Assembly: GCA_021787125.1 (NCBI GenBank)
Contig: JAJYMI010000007.1
Coordinates: 1 to 55,478 of the forward strand
Reading direction: 5' to 3'
DNA length: 55,478 nt
DNA from: Thermoplasmata archaeon
Lineage (GTDB): Archaea; Thermoplasmatota; Thermoplasmata; Thermoplasmatales; GCA-001856825
The notes below the pieces were generated by a model. That model saw nothing but the letters and a program-made list of their open reading frames with translations, searched no databases and had not been told where the DNA came from. The position numbers and the translations under genes are program-made. Of this stretch, positions 38,755 to 48,616 are shown piece by piece. The first letter of the stretch is position 1; every line of letters starts with the position of its first letter.

Positions 38755-40104
38755 ATGCAAAACGAGGTTCTGAACTTACTCAGGAAGGGCAGGACTATGG
38801 TCATCTCCACAACAGGAGAGACCCTGTGGTCAGCTAAGGTGTTTTATGCACTGGAAGGTGGCCTGGTTTTCCTGGTAGAAAAGGGCAGTCTGACCCTGAG
38901 GAACCTCCAGAAGAGCGACACGGTCGTTTTCACGATAGATTTCGATACTCCAGATCTATTCATACAGGGCGTTGGAAAGGTCACAATACTTGGAGAGCCC
39001 AGAGAATTCCACACGGAGAGAGGAACTCTTTTGTACAAAGTCCCGGAGGACACGCTCTTTGTCAAATCTGGGCACGTGCTCATCGCCAAGCTAATTCCGG
39101 AAAACGTAAGGTTCAGTGATTTCCGTGCTCAACCAAGGAAGACCGACAACAAGTTCAAACCAGAGGAACTCGCAGAAAAAAAGACTTTCAGGTACTGGAG
39201 AGCCTTGCGCCCGTGGTCATTCCAACAGAGCGTGACCTCACTGATCTTTGGCGCGCTTCTTGCGTTCCAGATCAGCTTTTCTTATCGGATAAACCTCTAC
39301 CTTCTACTACTCTCTGCTATTGCACTCATAATGGTTCATGGTGCGTTCAATGCGTACAGCGATTATTTTGATTTCACTCTCAAGACGGATAAACCCGATG
39401 GGATGGGTTCTGCTGGAGCGAGAGTTCTGATAGATCGCATTGTTCCCACGAACAAATTCCTGATATTCACCACAATAGTCTTCGTGATAGGTCTGGCTAT
39501 CGGGGTTTATCTTATAGTACTGAGACCGGTCATAATCCCTTATGTCCTGATCGGCCTGATAGCTGGGCTGGTATATGGCCTTCCAAAATTCGGATGGAAG
39601 AGGATTGCACTAGGGGATCTTGCGGTCTTCCTGGCATTTGGTCCAGGGATATTCCTCGGTTCTCTGGTGCTTCAGGGCGGCCACGTCGGCATTCCCCAGA
39701 TACTCATCGCAATCTCTCTCGGAATGATCATAGTGGCAATACTCCACGGCAACAACTGGAGAGACATCAAGGATGACAAGGAAGCGGGAGTCAGAACTGT
39801 TGCTCTGTACCTCGGGGACAAGGGATCTCTGGTCTACTATGTCGCCCTGATCTGGCTTTCCTACCCGTTATTCATTATCGCAGTCCTGCTCGAGCCTAGA
39901 CTGTTTCCAATCCTGGGGGCACTCCTGACAATACCCTGGGCGGTGAGGCTAACTAGAATCGCAAGCAACGCAAAGAACATGAAGAGAAATCTGCTGGACA
40001 TGCTGACTGCGAACTTCACGTCTCTCCACATATATTTCTCTGTCATCTTCTTGGCCGTATTCCTTGCGGTGATCTACTACTTTCCCTCAATAAACCTTCC
40101 CTAA
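38755..40104 (+). CDS. Split-barrel (PNPOx-like) domain fused to MenA/UbiA prenyltransferase
   Basis: Soluble N-terminal domain of about 140 aa, then ALRPWSF, NAYSDYFD...D, NNWRDIKDDKEAGVRT. Confidence 0.85.
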   Translation: MQNEVLNLLRKGRTMVISTTGETLWSAKVFYALEGGLVFLVEKGSLTLRNLQKSDTVVFTIDFDTPDLFIQGVGKVTILGEPREFHTERGTLLYKVPEDTLFVKSGHVLIAKLIPENVRFSDFRAQPRKTDNKFKPEELAEKKTFRYWRALRPWSFQQSVTSLIFGALLAFQISFSYRINLYLLLLSAIALIMVHGAFNAYSDYFDFTLKTDKPDGMGSAGARVLIDRIVPTNKFLIFTTIVFVIGLAIGVYLIVLRPVIIPYVLIGLIAGLVYGLPKFGWKRIALGDLAVFLAFGPGIFLGSLVLQGGHVGIPQILIAISLGMIIVAILHGNNWRDIKDDKEAGVRTVALYLGDKGSLVYYVALIWLSYPLFIIAVLLEPRLFPILGALLTIPWAVRLTRIASNAKNMKRNLLDMLTANFTSLHIYFSVIFLAVFLAVIYYFPSINLP

Positions 40105-40123
40105 TCCCCGCTTAGAAGAACGG

Positions 40124-40699
40124 TCACGCGCTCAGTGATCTTTGAGCCCTTGACTCAGAAACTAGATTGTTCAGCAGGTCCCGCATGAACTTCTCTGCAT
40201 TCTCGTCAGCAAACTCTCCCTTTTCGTTGATCTTCTTATCGACAAAATTTATGATCACTTCCGGCCTATTTATGATCCTTGCGTCCAGGAAAACGAATGA
40301 TTGTCTGAGATGGTACTGTGCTCTTGCTCCTCCCATCATTCCCGTCGATGAACTCATGATTGCGCCAGTCTTCTTCGCAAACACATTGTTTGGAACCGAA
40401 GCCCAGTCTATGACATTCTTTAAGAAGCCCGGAATGGAATAGTTGTACTCCGGAGTCACGATCAGGAACCCGTCCGTTTCGCTTATGAGCTTCTTGAATT
40501 CTACAACTGGCGGTTGCGGTTCCCTAGCATCGTCAGAGTTGAATACTGGGACTTTGGATATGTCTGCGATCTTGAGTACGGACCCATCTGGCATAAGACT
40601 CGCCGATCTTTCGAGTACCTTTCTACTAAATGACCCCTTCCTTAGACTCCCTCCGAATCCTGCAATAACAATCTTGTCCTCTTTTTTCATTTTCTGCAA
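40124..40699 (-). CDS. NADPH-dependent FMN reductase
   Basis: GSLRKGS, TPEYNYSIPG.LKN.IDW, GGARAQYHLRQ. Confidence 0.95.
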   Translation of the reverse strand: MQKMKKEDKIVIAGFGGSLRKGSFSRKVLERSASLMPDGSVLKIADISKVPVFNSDDAREPQPPVVEFKKLISETDGFLIVTPEYNYSIPGFLKNVIDWASVPNNVFAKKTGAIMSSSTGMMGGARAQYHLRQSFVFLDARIINRPEVIINFVDKKINEKGEFADENAEKFMRDLLNNLVSESRAQRSLSA

Positions 40700-40983
40700 T
40701 CTCTTCAGGATAGTTAACCTTCGTCTCTCTCATAGTGACAAAAATTGGGAGATCACATGACAAGGCTCGTTATAAGAGTTCCATAAGATCTACATCTTAC
40801 TCTGGATTTCACAGAAGTCGAACCATTAACCGGAGTTAAGTTCCTTTCGACTATTTAATCATGATAAAATTTAACAAAATATTTAAGAAAGCTTAAATTT
40901 TAATTTTCAGGGAAGATGAAACGGAAGATGACATTAAATAGTGATTACAACACCGCGAGTATGACAAATTTATTTGGACCAAA

Positions 40984-43425
40984 ATGAAAACAGACTCCGC
41001 CTTTGGAAGAATCGGGGACGTGCTCTCTGACGAGACTTCGTTAAGATTACTCGGTATCTTATCCAAGGGACCACAGTTCGTGAAGAACATCGCCATCTTG
41101 ATGGAAAAGCCAGAGTCTCGGATATCGGAAAAAATTTCATCGCTGAGAAAACTTGGAATGATTGATTACCGATGGAAGAGGACCAACGGCAGAAACGTTA
41201 AGGAATACTTTCTTACCACAAAGAAGATAGAGATTTCGTTTTCATCGGGCCGTCCCACGATTTTATTTAAGGGGAAAGATTCTTCTTCGGTAATTCACGT
41301 TCCGGAGTTTATAGATTTCTCACCTCCTAGAGTCAAGAGGTTTGTGGGGAGAAAGAAAGAGTTGACGATTCTGGAGGAGAAATCAAAGGTATTCATTTCC
41401 GGCATTTCGGGGATAGGAAAGACTTCCCTGGTCGCCAGGTATGTTATGAGGACCAATCGACCAGTCTTTTGGCACACGGTGAGAGAGGCCGATTCACTCG
41501 ACTATATGCTCATGAAGATGTCTTCATTTCTAGATAGCATCGGAAGAAACAACCTGAGCAGGATGATAACCATAAACGCTAGCAAGAGAATGATTATGGA
41601 CTACTGCATTTCGGAGCTGCGGAAGACCAAGTCCATAATAGTCATCGACGATTTCCAGTTGTGCAGAGACAAGAATATATCAGGGTTCATAGACGACATA
41701 AGTCTTTCAGAACCTAGTCTGAAAATCGTTCTAATTTCAAAGGGAAACACCCCACCCACCAATGGGTATCACATCATAAATTTGGGCGGTCTATCCTACG
41801 AAGAATCTAGACTGCTTCTTTTGAACTCTGGGAAGAAACACGATGCACAGACCATCTCCTCCCTGGGGGGATATCCTCTGGCCCTCTCCCTCATGGGGAA
41901 GATATCAGAGGAGGAGGTAACAATTGAAACTCTTGCATCGACTCTAGCCGACAAAATAAGAGAAGACCTCAGCAACCCGGAGAGAGAGGTTCTCCTCCTG
42001 GCCGCTGCTTTCCGCGAAGCCTTTACTCCTCAAGAACTAAATTTTGTTATGGAGAGAGAAGCAAGAGGCGAACTGGACGTCCTAGTGTCGAAGGGACTTA
42101 TCTCCTCTCGGGCGAGAACCTACTATGTCCACGAGTTCGTCCGTGATGTTGCCGCCTCACTACAGAGCGACCAGAGGTCGATTCACGAAAGGCTTGGGCA
42201 ATACTATGCTTCCTACCCGAATCCTATGTCAACTATAGAGGCAATTTATCACTTTGGTAAGTCTGGAAACTCCGACTCTCTTGTGAAGCTTATCAAGGAA
42301 AATGCAGCGGTTCTAGCTGACTCGGGCTTTTCCGAGCCCCTTCTCTCCGTCCTTGATTTGCTAGCAAAGAGCAAAAACGATCCTATCGCCAGAGGATGGA
42401 TCCTCTTGTGGATGGCTAAGATAGAACAGATGAAAGGGAATTATTCTCTCGCGGAGGACCTATCAGAAGAGATTATCAGAACATCAGGAGGTCGAGACGA
42501 GGAACTGAACATCAGAGCGAACTTATGGTTGGGTCAGACATTCAATGCTCTTGGAAGGAACGAAGAATCTCTCAAAATCCTTCAAAAGTCCCTGTCTCTC
42601 CTCAAAAGAAAATTTAACAAGGAAGATCTTGAGGCGGACATACTGCTATCTCTTGAGTGGACACTGGCAGATCTGGGAAAGTTGGATCAGGCGCAGTCCG
42701 TCCTTTCTAGAGCAATAGCAATCTATGAGAAAATTGGCGAAAGAAGAAATTACTTTTCGGCCATTTTCTACAGAGGCTATAACAACTATCTCAGGGGTGA
42801 ACTCAGTGACGCAGTCAAGGACATGGAAGATGCCTACTCAGGACTCTTTGAAATGAACCGCATCATCAGTGCTGCTGCATGTTTGTTGCACGTGGCCTTT
42901 GCATTTTGGAGACAAGAAAATTCCAAGAACGCACTTCTAATTCTTAATAAGTCGATTCAAATTTACAGGGACCAGAATGAAGAATTGGGAGAAGAACACC
43001 TGCGACTCTCCCTCTGCTACAGCGCAATCATCAATGCCTTTAGTGGCAAGATCGATAGGGCAGAGAAGAATTTGAGGGAATTAGAGTCCTTCAGAAGAGG
43101 AAAAGATGACTGCTTAGCAGATGTGGGGGAAGGATTGGCGAGAGGAATTATAAATGCACAAAGGAAAAACTGGGCAGTTTCAGACCATAATTTAGCTTTG
43201 GCCGAGAAGGCTGCTGAGATTTATGCTGATCGCTATTTCCTTTGTGAGACCAAGAAATGGAGAGGATGGATGCTGATGAAGAGGGGATCGATCGACGAGG
43301 CGATCAGAAAGTTTGAGGAGCTTAGAGCCGAAGCGTCCAAATTTGGACTCAAAATTTTCGAGGATGACATCGAGAGGTTGATAGCTGGGTCCGAGCTTTC
43401 TCCCACTGTGGAACCCCAATCGTGA
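40984..43425 (+). CDS. STAND-type protein: ArsR-like wHTH, P-loop NTPase, TPR repeats
   Basis: N-terminal wHTH; FVGRKKEL; GISGIGKT; IVIDDFQ; GGYPLAL; helical repeat C-terminus. Confidence 0.85.
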   Translation: MKTDSAFGRIGDVLSDETSLRLLGILSKGPQFVKNIAILMEKPESRISEKISSLRKLGMIDYRWKRTNGRNVKEYFLTTKKIEISFSSGRPTILFKGKDSSSVIHVPEFIDFSPPRVKRFVGRKKELTILEEKSKVFISGISGIGKTSLVARYVMRTNRPVFWHTVREADSLDYMLMKMSSFLDSIGRNNLSRMITINASKRMIMDYCISELRKTKSIIVIDDFQLCRDKNISGFIDDISLSEPSLKIVLISKGNTPPTNGYHIINLGGLSYEESRLLLLNSGKKHDAQTISSLGGYPLALSLMGKISEEEVTIETLASTLADKIREDLSNPEREVLLLAAAFREAFTPQELNFVMEREARGELDVLVSKGLISSRARTYYVHEFVRDVAASLQSDQRSIHERLGQYYASYPNPMSTIEAIYHFGKSGNSDSLVKLIKENAAVLADSGFSEPLLSVLDLLAKSKNDPIARGWILLWMAKIEQMKGNYSLAEDLSEEIIRTSGGRDEELNIRANLWLGQTFNALGRNEESLKILQKSLSLLKRKFNKEDLEADILLSLEWTLADLGKLDQAQSVLSRAIAIYEKIGERRNYFSAIFYRGYNNYLRGELSDAVKDMEDAYSGLFEMNRIISAAACLLHVAFAFWRQENSKNALLILNKSIQIYRDQNEELGEEHLRLSLCYSAIINAFSGKIDRAEKNLRELESFRRGKDDCLADVGEGLARGIINAQRKNWAVSDHNLALAEKAAEIYADRYFLCETKKWRGWMLMKRGSIDEAIRKFEELRAEASKFGLKIFEDDIERLIAGSELSPTVEPQS

Positions 43426-43518
43426 CCAGGCGATCATCCTTCGGTTGAGTAAATGACTCCTTCGGCGCGGATTGCGGGCCCGTGTAGTCAGATTTACCTG
43501 AATATTGTAAAACCACAC

Positions 43519-43547
43519 TTTAAATAGTTTAGACCGTCTAAATTATT
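43519..43547 (+). promoter_or_regulatory. TATA box overlapped by a 25-bp palindromic operator
   Basis: TTTAAATA (43519-43526); AATAGTTTAGAC-C-GTCTAAATTATT (43523-43547) ends 1 nt before the GTG start. Confidence 0.65.
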
Positions 43548-43548
43548 C

Positions 43549-44661
43549 GTGAAAATTATAGTTAAAGCAACAACCATTGCCATAGCATTTCTGATGGTTG
43601 GGGGTTTACTGTTTATTACAACAACCAACGGTTCAGCGCAGTCTCCTACCTCAGGCCAAATAGGCATTGGGAATCTGACCGCAAAGGTGATCGCTTACCA
43701 CGGAGAGACAATCACGGGTCAAGTGAATGCCACAGGTTACACCTTCGGAGTGTACATAGGACCAGGAGTAACTGACGTCCTGATATACCACGCTCACGTA
43801 TTCGGAGCAGATGACCATGGTATCTTGGCCGTTGATACAACTGGAGTATCTGTAATGTACAGCAACGTAAGCTATGACGTTCTTCATCCAGTACCTTCAA
43901 TTCTAGACCACAAAGCCATCGGGTTCTACGGAGTGTCCAATTCCTACATTATAGGTAACACGATTACTCACAATGCAGGGGATGGAGGAATCGCAGTATA
44001 CAGCAGTTCCTCATTGGTTCCCACGGGACTTCCGATTCCAAACGTCAACGCAAGCGGGAACGACAACTTCATCGCTGATAACTACGTGGCTGATGATTCC
44101 CAAGGATGCGGAATTGTGGTGGCCGCTTGGGGACCGGGCATGACTGTTGCGAACAACTGGATATTCCAAAACAAGGTTATGGGCGACTTCCTTACTCCCC
44201 ATGGACCGACTGGATTCAGTGTGGGAACGATAGTGGTCGCTGCGGACTTCCCATTCTCGAGTGCTGTGGACAACGTAGTTCTTGACAACACTGTGATAGG
44301 CGGTCTTGAGGACGGAATAATAGTGAACGCCGTGGCACCTGGAGCTGCAGACATCGGAAACGAGATTGCCGGAAACTACGTGCAACAGGGGGCATTCCAG
44401 AGGCTGAACAATCCACCTTTCGATAACGCATCCGATCTTGATCTCGCGCCGGCACCCAACGCGATAGCGATCATAGCGGATATGATTCCTCAGAACAACG
44501 TTCCATCCCCACCAATTGCACAGGGTAACACTGTTGTCGACAACACCATTGCTGACGAATCAATAGGGATTTGGGTGGCCAATGCCCAGGGAGGAGCATA
44601 CATAGGAAACACCTTCGAAAATGTCACAACGAATTTCCAGTCCTTCTATGGTGTGGGATGA
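43549..44661 (+). CDS. Secreted right-handed parallel beta-helix protein
   Basis: Signal peptide; repeated N.I..N / GI.V turns (IIGNTITHN.GDGGI). Confidence 0.8.
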   Translation: MKIIVKATTIAIAFLMVGGLLFITTTNGSAQSPTSGQIGIGNLTAKVIAYHGETITGQVNATGYTFGVYIGPGVTDVLIYHAHVFGADDHGILAVDTTGVSVMYSNVSYDVLHPVPSILDHKAIGFYGVSNSYIIGNTITHNAGDGGIAVYSSSSLVPTGLPIPNVNASGNDNFIADNYVADDSQGCGIVVAAWGPGMTVANNWIFQNKVMGDFLTPHGPTGFSVGTIVVAADFPFSSAVDNVVLDNTVIGGLEDGIIVNAVAPGAADIGNEIAGNYVQQGAFQRLNNPPFDNASDLDLAPAPNAIAIIADMIPQNNVPSPPIAQGNTVVDNTIADESIGIWVANAQGGAYIGNTFENVTTNFQSFYGVG

Positions 44662-44871
44662 TTCAGCGAGAGGAGCGAAACACAAACCCTCAAAAGAAGG
44701 GCATGATCCCACGAAAAGGAAATTCTTTAAAGACGGGTATTCCGTCGGAGGAGTACTTCACTCCTCACCTTTCTTATTTAGCTCTTGAGACTTCGTGGAT
44801 AGATCGAATGGAATCAGGTTTTTCTGTTGGCGTTCATTCCAACGAGAGGTCTACGGAATAGAAGGTAGAGA

Positions 44872-45453
44872 ATGGAGGAGCTAACTCGAGTGAGCGATCT
44901 GCAAGTGTCGTGGAAAAAGATATTGGTGAAGGGACTTCCCATGCTGATTATCCCGGTTGCAATCCTCATCATAATTATTCTTGCGAAGAGCTTCTACTTT
45001 CTCGAGTACTTCCACGTCGTATCAGGCTCGGCCTGGACTGGCATGGATCTCGTGATGGGCATATTCTTTGGCTACATTATGGCAGGTCTACCACCCAAAC
45101 AGAGAACAGAAGTTGCGACCCGTCTTACTCCCGTGATGCTTTTTTTCATGCCATCGATAACCTCTACTACCGTGACCGCCGGTCTATACCTTATACATCC
45201 TCTTGGCATATCCATATCTAACCCTTATTTGATAGTCGTGGGAATAATTGTGATAGCAATGTTCGTGCAGGGACTCGGCATCTTTCTCCCCAATGAACTA
45301 CGGGTCTACCTCGAGATAGTGCATGGAGCCAAGAATGTCGAGAAAATTGTAAGACTGACAATGATAAATTTGCGACTATCTTTGATACAGCTTATCCTCC
45401 AGATTGTGCTAATTCTGTTCATGGCACATTTTGCAACGGGTGTACCATTGTGA
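44872..45453 (+). CDS. Membrane protein (paralog A)
   Basis: Multi-TM; YFHVVSGSAWTGMD, P...FFMP. Confidence 0.75.
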   Translation: MEELTRVSDLQVSWKKILVKGLPMLIIPVAILIIIILAKSFYFLEYFHVVSGSAWTGMDLVMGIFFGYIMAGLPPKQRTEVATRLTPVMLFFMPSITSTTVTAGLYLIHPLGISISNPYLIVVGIIVIAMFVQGLGIFLPNELRVYLEIVHGAKNVEKIVRLTMINLRLSLIQLILQIVLILFMAHFATGVPL

Positions 45454-45998
45454 CGTGGAACCAGAGACCAAGAGTTGTGGGCAGAATGGGGGTGCTCTCT
45501 GTGCTGGTTCCTCTGATTGCTGTTGTGACTGCTTTGATCATAGGAAATATGCTCGTCCTAGACTATATTCATGTGCTGCTAGGCGCCATTTGGACTGGAG
45601 TAGACGTGTTCTTCGGGGTGATCTTTCGTCTGATATATCGAGACCTGAGTCCAGAGACGAGAATGACGGTAGCCCACCGTGTAATGCCAGCAACTCTCTT
45701 TTTTATGCCAACTGCGTCGATACTCACTCCTCTTGCGGGCTACTTCCTCGCAGTACGTGAAAACATCTGGAATCCATCGAGCAGCATTTTTACATGGATC
45801 ATCATCGTTGCGGTCCTCCTTGTGCTTTCAGGATTCCTCACCGTATTCCTGAACTCACTTCTTATTGCGCGATCTGAAGTGACGGACGATTCGGTCATCA
45901 GGAGAAGACTCTCTTGGATATGCAACGGAGCACTGCTCCAGCTCGCCTTTCAGGTTGTCATATTCAGCCTGATGGCCTACCTTGTTGTCTTTCACTAG
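45450..45998 (+). CDS. Membrane protein (paralog B)
   Basis: Multi-TM; YIHVLLGAIWTGVD, PATLFFMP; GTGA overlap with paralog A. Confidence 0.75.
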   Translation: MTWNQRPRVVGRMGVLSVLVPLIAVVTALIIGNMLVLDYIHVLLGAIWTGVDVFFGVIFRLIYRDLSPETRMTVAHRVMPATLFFMPTASILTPLAGYFLAVRENIWNPSSSIFTWIIIVAVLLVLSGFLTVFLNSLLIARSEVTDDSVIRRRLSWICNGALLQLAFQVVIFSLMAYLVVFH

Positions 45999-46126
45999 CT
46001 CAGCACGGACACGAATGGGTTAATTTTAAGACCTGAAAGGTTCCATCTAATTTTTAAGGCGAATCTCTTTGGATTCATGATCCAGTGCTTGGTAGTCTAG
46101 AAAAATCAAGCTTCCTGAAGCCACAG

Positions 46127-46199
46127 TAGCCCCGGGCAGATTCGAACTGCCGTCGTCGGATTCAAAGTCCGAAATGCTTGTCCACTACACCACGGGGCT
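46127..46199 (-). tRNA. tRNA-Gln(TTG)
   Basis: AGCCCCG/CGGGGCT-A acceptor stem; anticodon arm TCGGA-CTTTGAA-TCCGA; GGCAG-TTCGAAT-CTGCC. Confidence 0.96.
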
Positions 46200-46230
46200 C
46201 TGACTACTTCATTTAACAGTAGATAAAAAT

Positions 46231-47466
46231 CTATCCCGACTTGTAGCTCAGGAATTCTTTTCCTAGCAGTTCCCTTGCAATTATCAGCTTCATTATGTTG
46301 ATGCCTCCCTCCGCACCTACATAGTACGACATGACGCCACCCTGTGCAGCTCCAAGAGGAAGATCCTTAGTGTATGCCATCGCGCCGTGCCATACCATTA
46401 CCTTGGTGATTATCTCGTGGGCAGTCGGCGGTCCGGTCATTTTGGCAAGAGAGACTGCCAAATTCTGTTCCGACATAGGCACTCTTTCCTTATTCTTGTA
46501 GACCCTGTCGAGTGTCCAAGCGGCCTTCTGTGTCAGGAGTCTGGAAGACTCGAGCTTCGCATATAGTTCCGCGAGCTCAAACTGGAGTCCCTCCTGCTTT
46601 CCCAGGGGTTGATCGAACAGCATCCTGCTGCGGAGGTGTTCGCGTCCCATATCTATGGTCTCAAGGGCCGCTCCGTTGCAGGCAGCGGCTACGTATATTC
46701 TCGCAATGTTGAATCCCTCCATGATTATGTGGAATCCCTGTCCAACCTCTCCCACCCTGAACTTGTCATCTAGATCGAGATCGTTGAAGGAAAATCCGCC
46801 GGTTGAGAGCCCTTCTCTTGCTATGTTGTTGAACACCGTTGTGGATATCTCATCTCTGAGCTTCCCATCTGTGCCCTTTATCATGAACGCAAACGAGGTG
46901 AACGCCTTTGAGGCAAGACTCTTATCTCCTGTCCTGAGAAGGGTGAGGAATCCGCCCCCTCCCGGGAGGTTTAGTGCCTCTCTCACACCGCTTATGTAGA
47001 CTTTCTCTCCAGAGACGGTCCATCCTTTTCCCTTTCTTACCGCTTTCGACTTTTCGTTCATGACATCCGATCCACCAGATGGTTCCGTGGATCCGATTCC
47101 GAGGAAGGTTCTCCCCTTTATTATGGATGGCAGTATCTCCTGCTTTGCTTCTTCTGTCCCATATTTTTCCAGCATTGCGGGCCAGCCATTGAGGAGCAAA
47201 ACGTAGACGGGAAGAGCCATCGATACGTCTCCTCTGGCAAGTTCCTCTACTATCGCAGCCATTTGAGAGATTGAACCGCCCGCACCACCGTACTTTTCTG
47301 ATACTGTGAATCCTATATAACCTGCATCTGCTGCTTTCTGGATGATCTCATCCGGAATCTTGTTTGAATAAGAAATCTTGTCCCTCTTTGGCGTTACGTA
47401 CTTTTGGACGAACTCTCTTGCATTTTCCCTGATGAGTTTGTCTTCTTCTGTGATGCCAAAATCCAT
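46231..47466 (-). CDS. Acyl-CoA dehydrogenase
   Basis: STEPSGGSD, GEKVYISG, HGAMAY, GAEGG.NIMK.IIAR. Confidence 0.92.
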   Translation of the reverse strand: MDFGITEEDKLIRENAREFVQKYVTPKRDKISYSNKIPDEIIQKAADAGYIGFTVSEKYGGAGGSISQMAAIVEELARGDVSMALPVYVLLLNGWPAMLEKYGTEEAKQEILPSIIKGRTFLGIGSTEPSGGSDVMNEKSKAVRKGKGWTVSGEKVYISGVREALNLPGGGGFLTLLRTGDKSLASKAFTSFAFMIKGTDGKLRDEISTTVFNNIAREGLSTGGFSFNDLDLDDKFRVGEVGQGFHIIMEGFNIARIYVAAACNGAALETIDMGREHLRSRMLFDQPLGKQEGLQFELAELYAKLESSRLLTQKAAWTLDRVYKNKERVPMSEQNLAVSLAKMTGPPTAHEIITKVMVWHGAMAYTKDLPLGAAQGGVMSYYVGAEGGINIMKLIIARELLGKEFLSYKSG

Positions 47467-47689
47467 TGTAATCTTGCAGTAATCGTATTTGAATATTTTA
47501 ACTCTGAACCCAACAGTTTTAGTTTAACTGTATTTTCCCAGTTTTAGTTCTAAAACAGGAAAAAATGAAAAGTCCCACCGGGCCCATCTTTTAGATCCTG
47601 GGAGGAATAAAATCGAAGTCGAGTTCATTGCTTGATTCGGTGGGATTAGTTAACGCAGTACGTCCTTCCTGAGTTCCTTGGTGTTCAGC

Positions 47690-48376
47690 TCACTGAGCTG
47701 TCAGGATCCCGGCCATCCATCCTGAGGTGTTCATCGCGCCTTCCCATCCTGAACTACCTGAACCACAGGCCACTTCGCACTGCCAGGAGTAGGTTCCTGG
47801 AGCTAGAGTAAAAGAAGCCTGAATTACACTCGACTCCACTATAGGTAGATTCAGAACTTCCGTCCCATTGCTGAATACAGTGAAAGTGTGCGCGACAACA
47901 CTTGCATTTACGGAGGTAACTTGTACGCTACCGTTGACTGCTATCTGGCCGGTCCCATTTGTTGAGTTTATGTTGGTATTATTGTATATTGTTTCCTTTC
48001 CGTTGAGCGTTCCTGTTACATTAGCGAATATTGGAGGCAAGGAGCCGTTTCCACCGTCGTAGTTGATTATCGTCAGGTCTATCTCTCTGTTGGCCGGAAT
48101 TGAAATGTTGGCCGAAGACTTCAGAGTCCCATTACTGAGGACGAAGAATGCTGGCTGATCGCCAACGGTACTGTTGTAGACATTGTTCGTTGTAATTACC
48201 ATGACGAGAGAGTATGCAGAAGCGCTACCAGTTGGGGTTGTTGTGCTTCCGTGTGTTTGTTCAAACGGAGCCTGAGTCATGAAATATCCAGCAAACAGTC
48301 CAGTTCCCGCTCCAACAGCGACTATTGCTATGACTATCGCAACCACGATAGCATTCGAACTTGATTGATTAAACAT
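47690..48376 (-). CDS. Membrane-anchored cupredoxin (sulfocyanin/CuA-like)
   Basis: N-terminal TM; AHTFT; PGTYSWQCEVACG...WMAG. Confidence 0.75.
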   Translation of the reverse strand: MFNQSSSNAIVVAIVIAIVAVGAGTGLFAGYFMTQAPFEQTHGSTTTPTGSASAYSLVMVITTNNVYNSTVGDQPAFFVLSNGTLKSSANISIPANREIDLTIINYDGGNGSLPPIFANVTGTLNGKETIYNNTNINSTNGTGQIAVNGSVQVTSVNASVVAHTFTVFSNGTEVLNLPIVESSVIQASFTLAPGTYSWQCEVACGSGSSGWEGAMNTSGWMAGILTAQ

Positions 48377-48421
48377 TTTTAATCTCTATTAAAGAATTGT
48401 ATCGGGGGATATCTTGTATCG

Positions 48422-48450
48422 TGCACATGAATGTGCATTTATGCGCATTT
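48422..48450. promoter_or_regulatory. Palindromic site upstream of the cupredoxin gene
   Basis: TGCACAT-GA-ATGTGCA plus tandem ATG(T/C)GCATTT. Confidence 0.4.
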
Positions 48451-48616
48451 AATTTATTAGGAACGATTAAAGAAATTATCTAATTTCTGATGATTGCTTG
48501 AGGGTTGGGTATACATCAGGTCCCTGACTATAACACGAAGTTGGCTTTCCAACCAAAATGCACGTTGTATAGAAAATTCGAAAGAAGTTAAATTCAGCAG
48601 AAACATCTGCCAAAAG

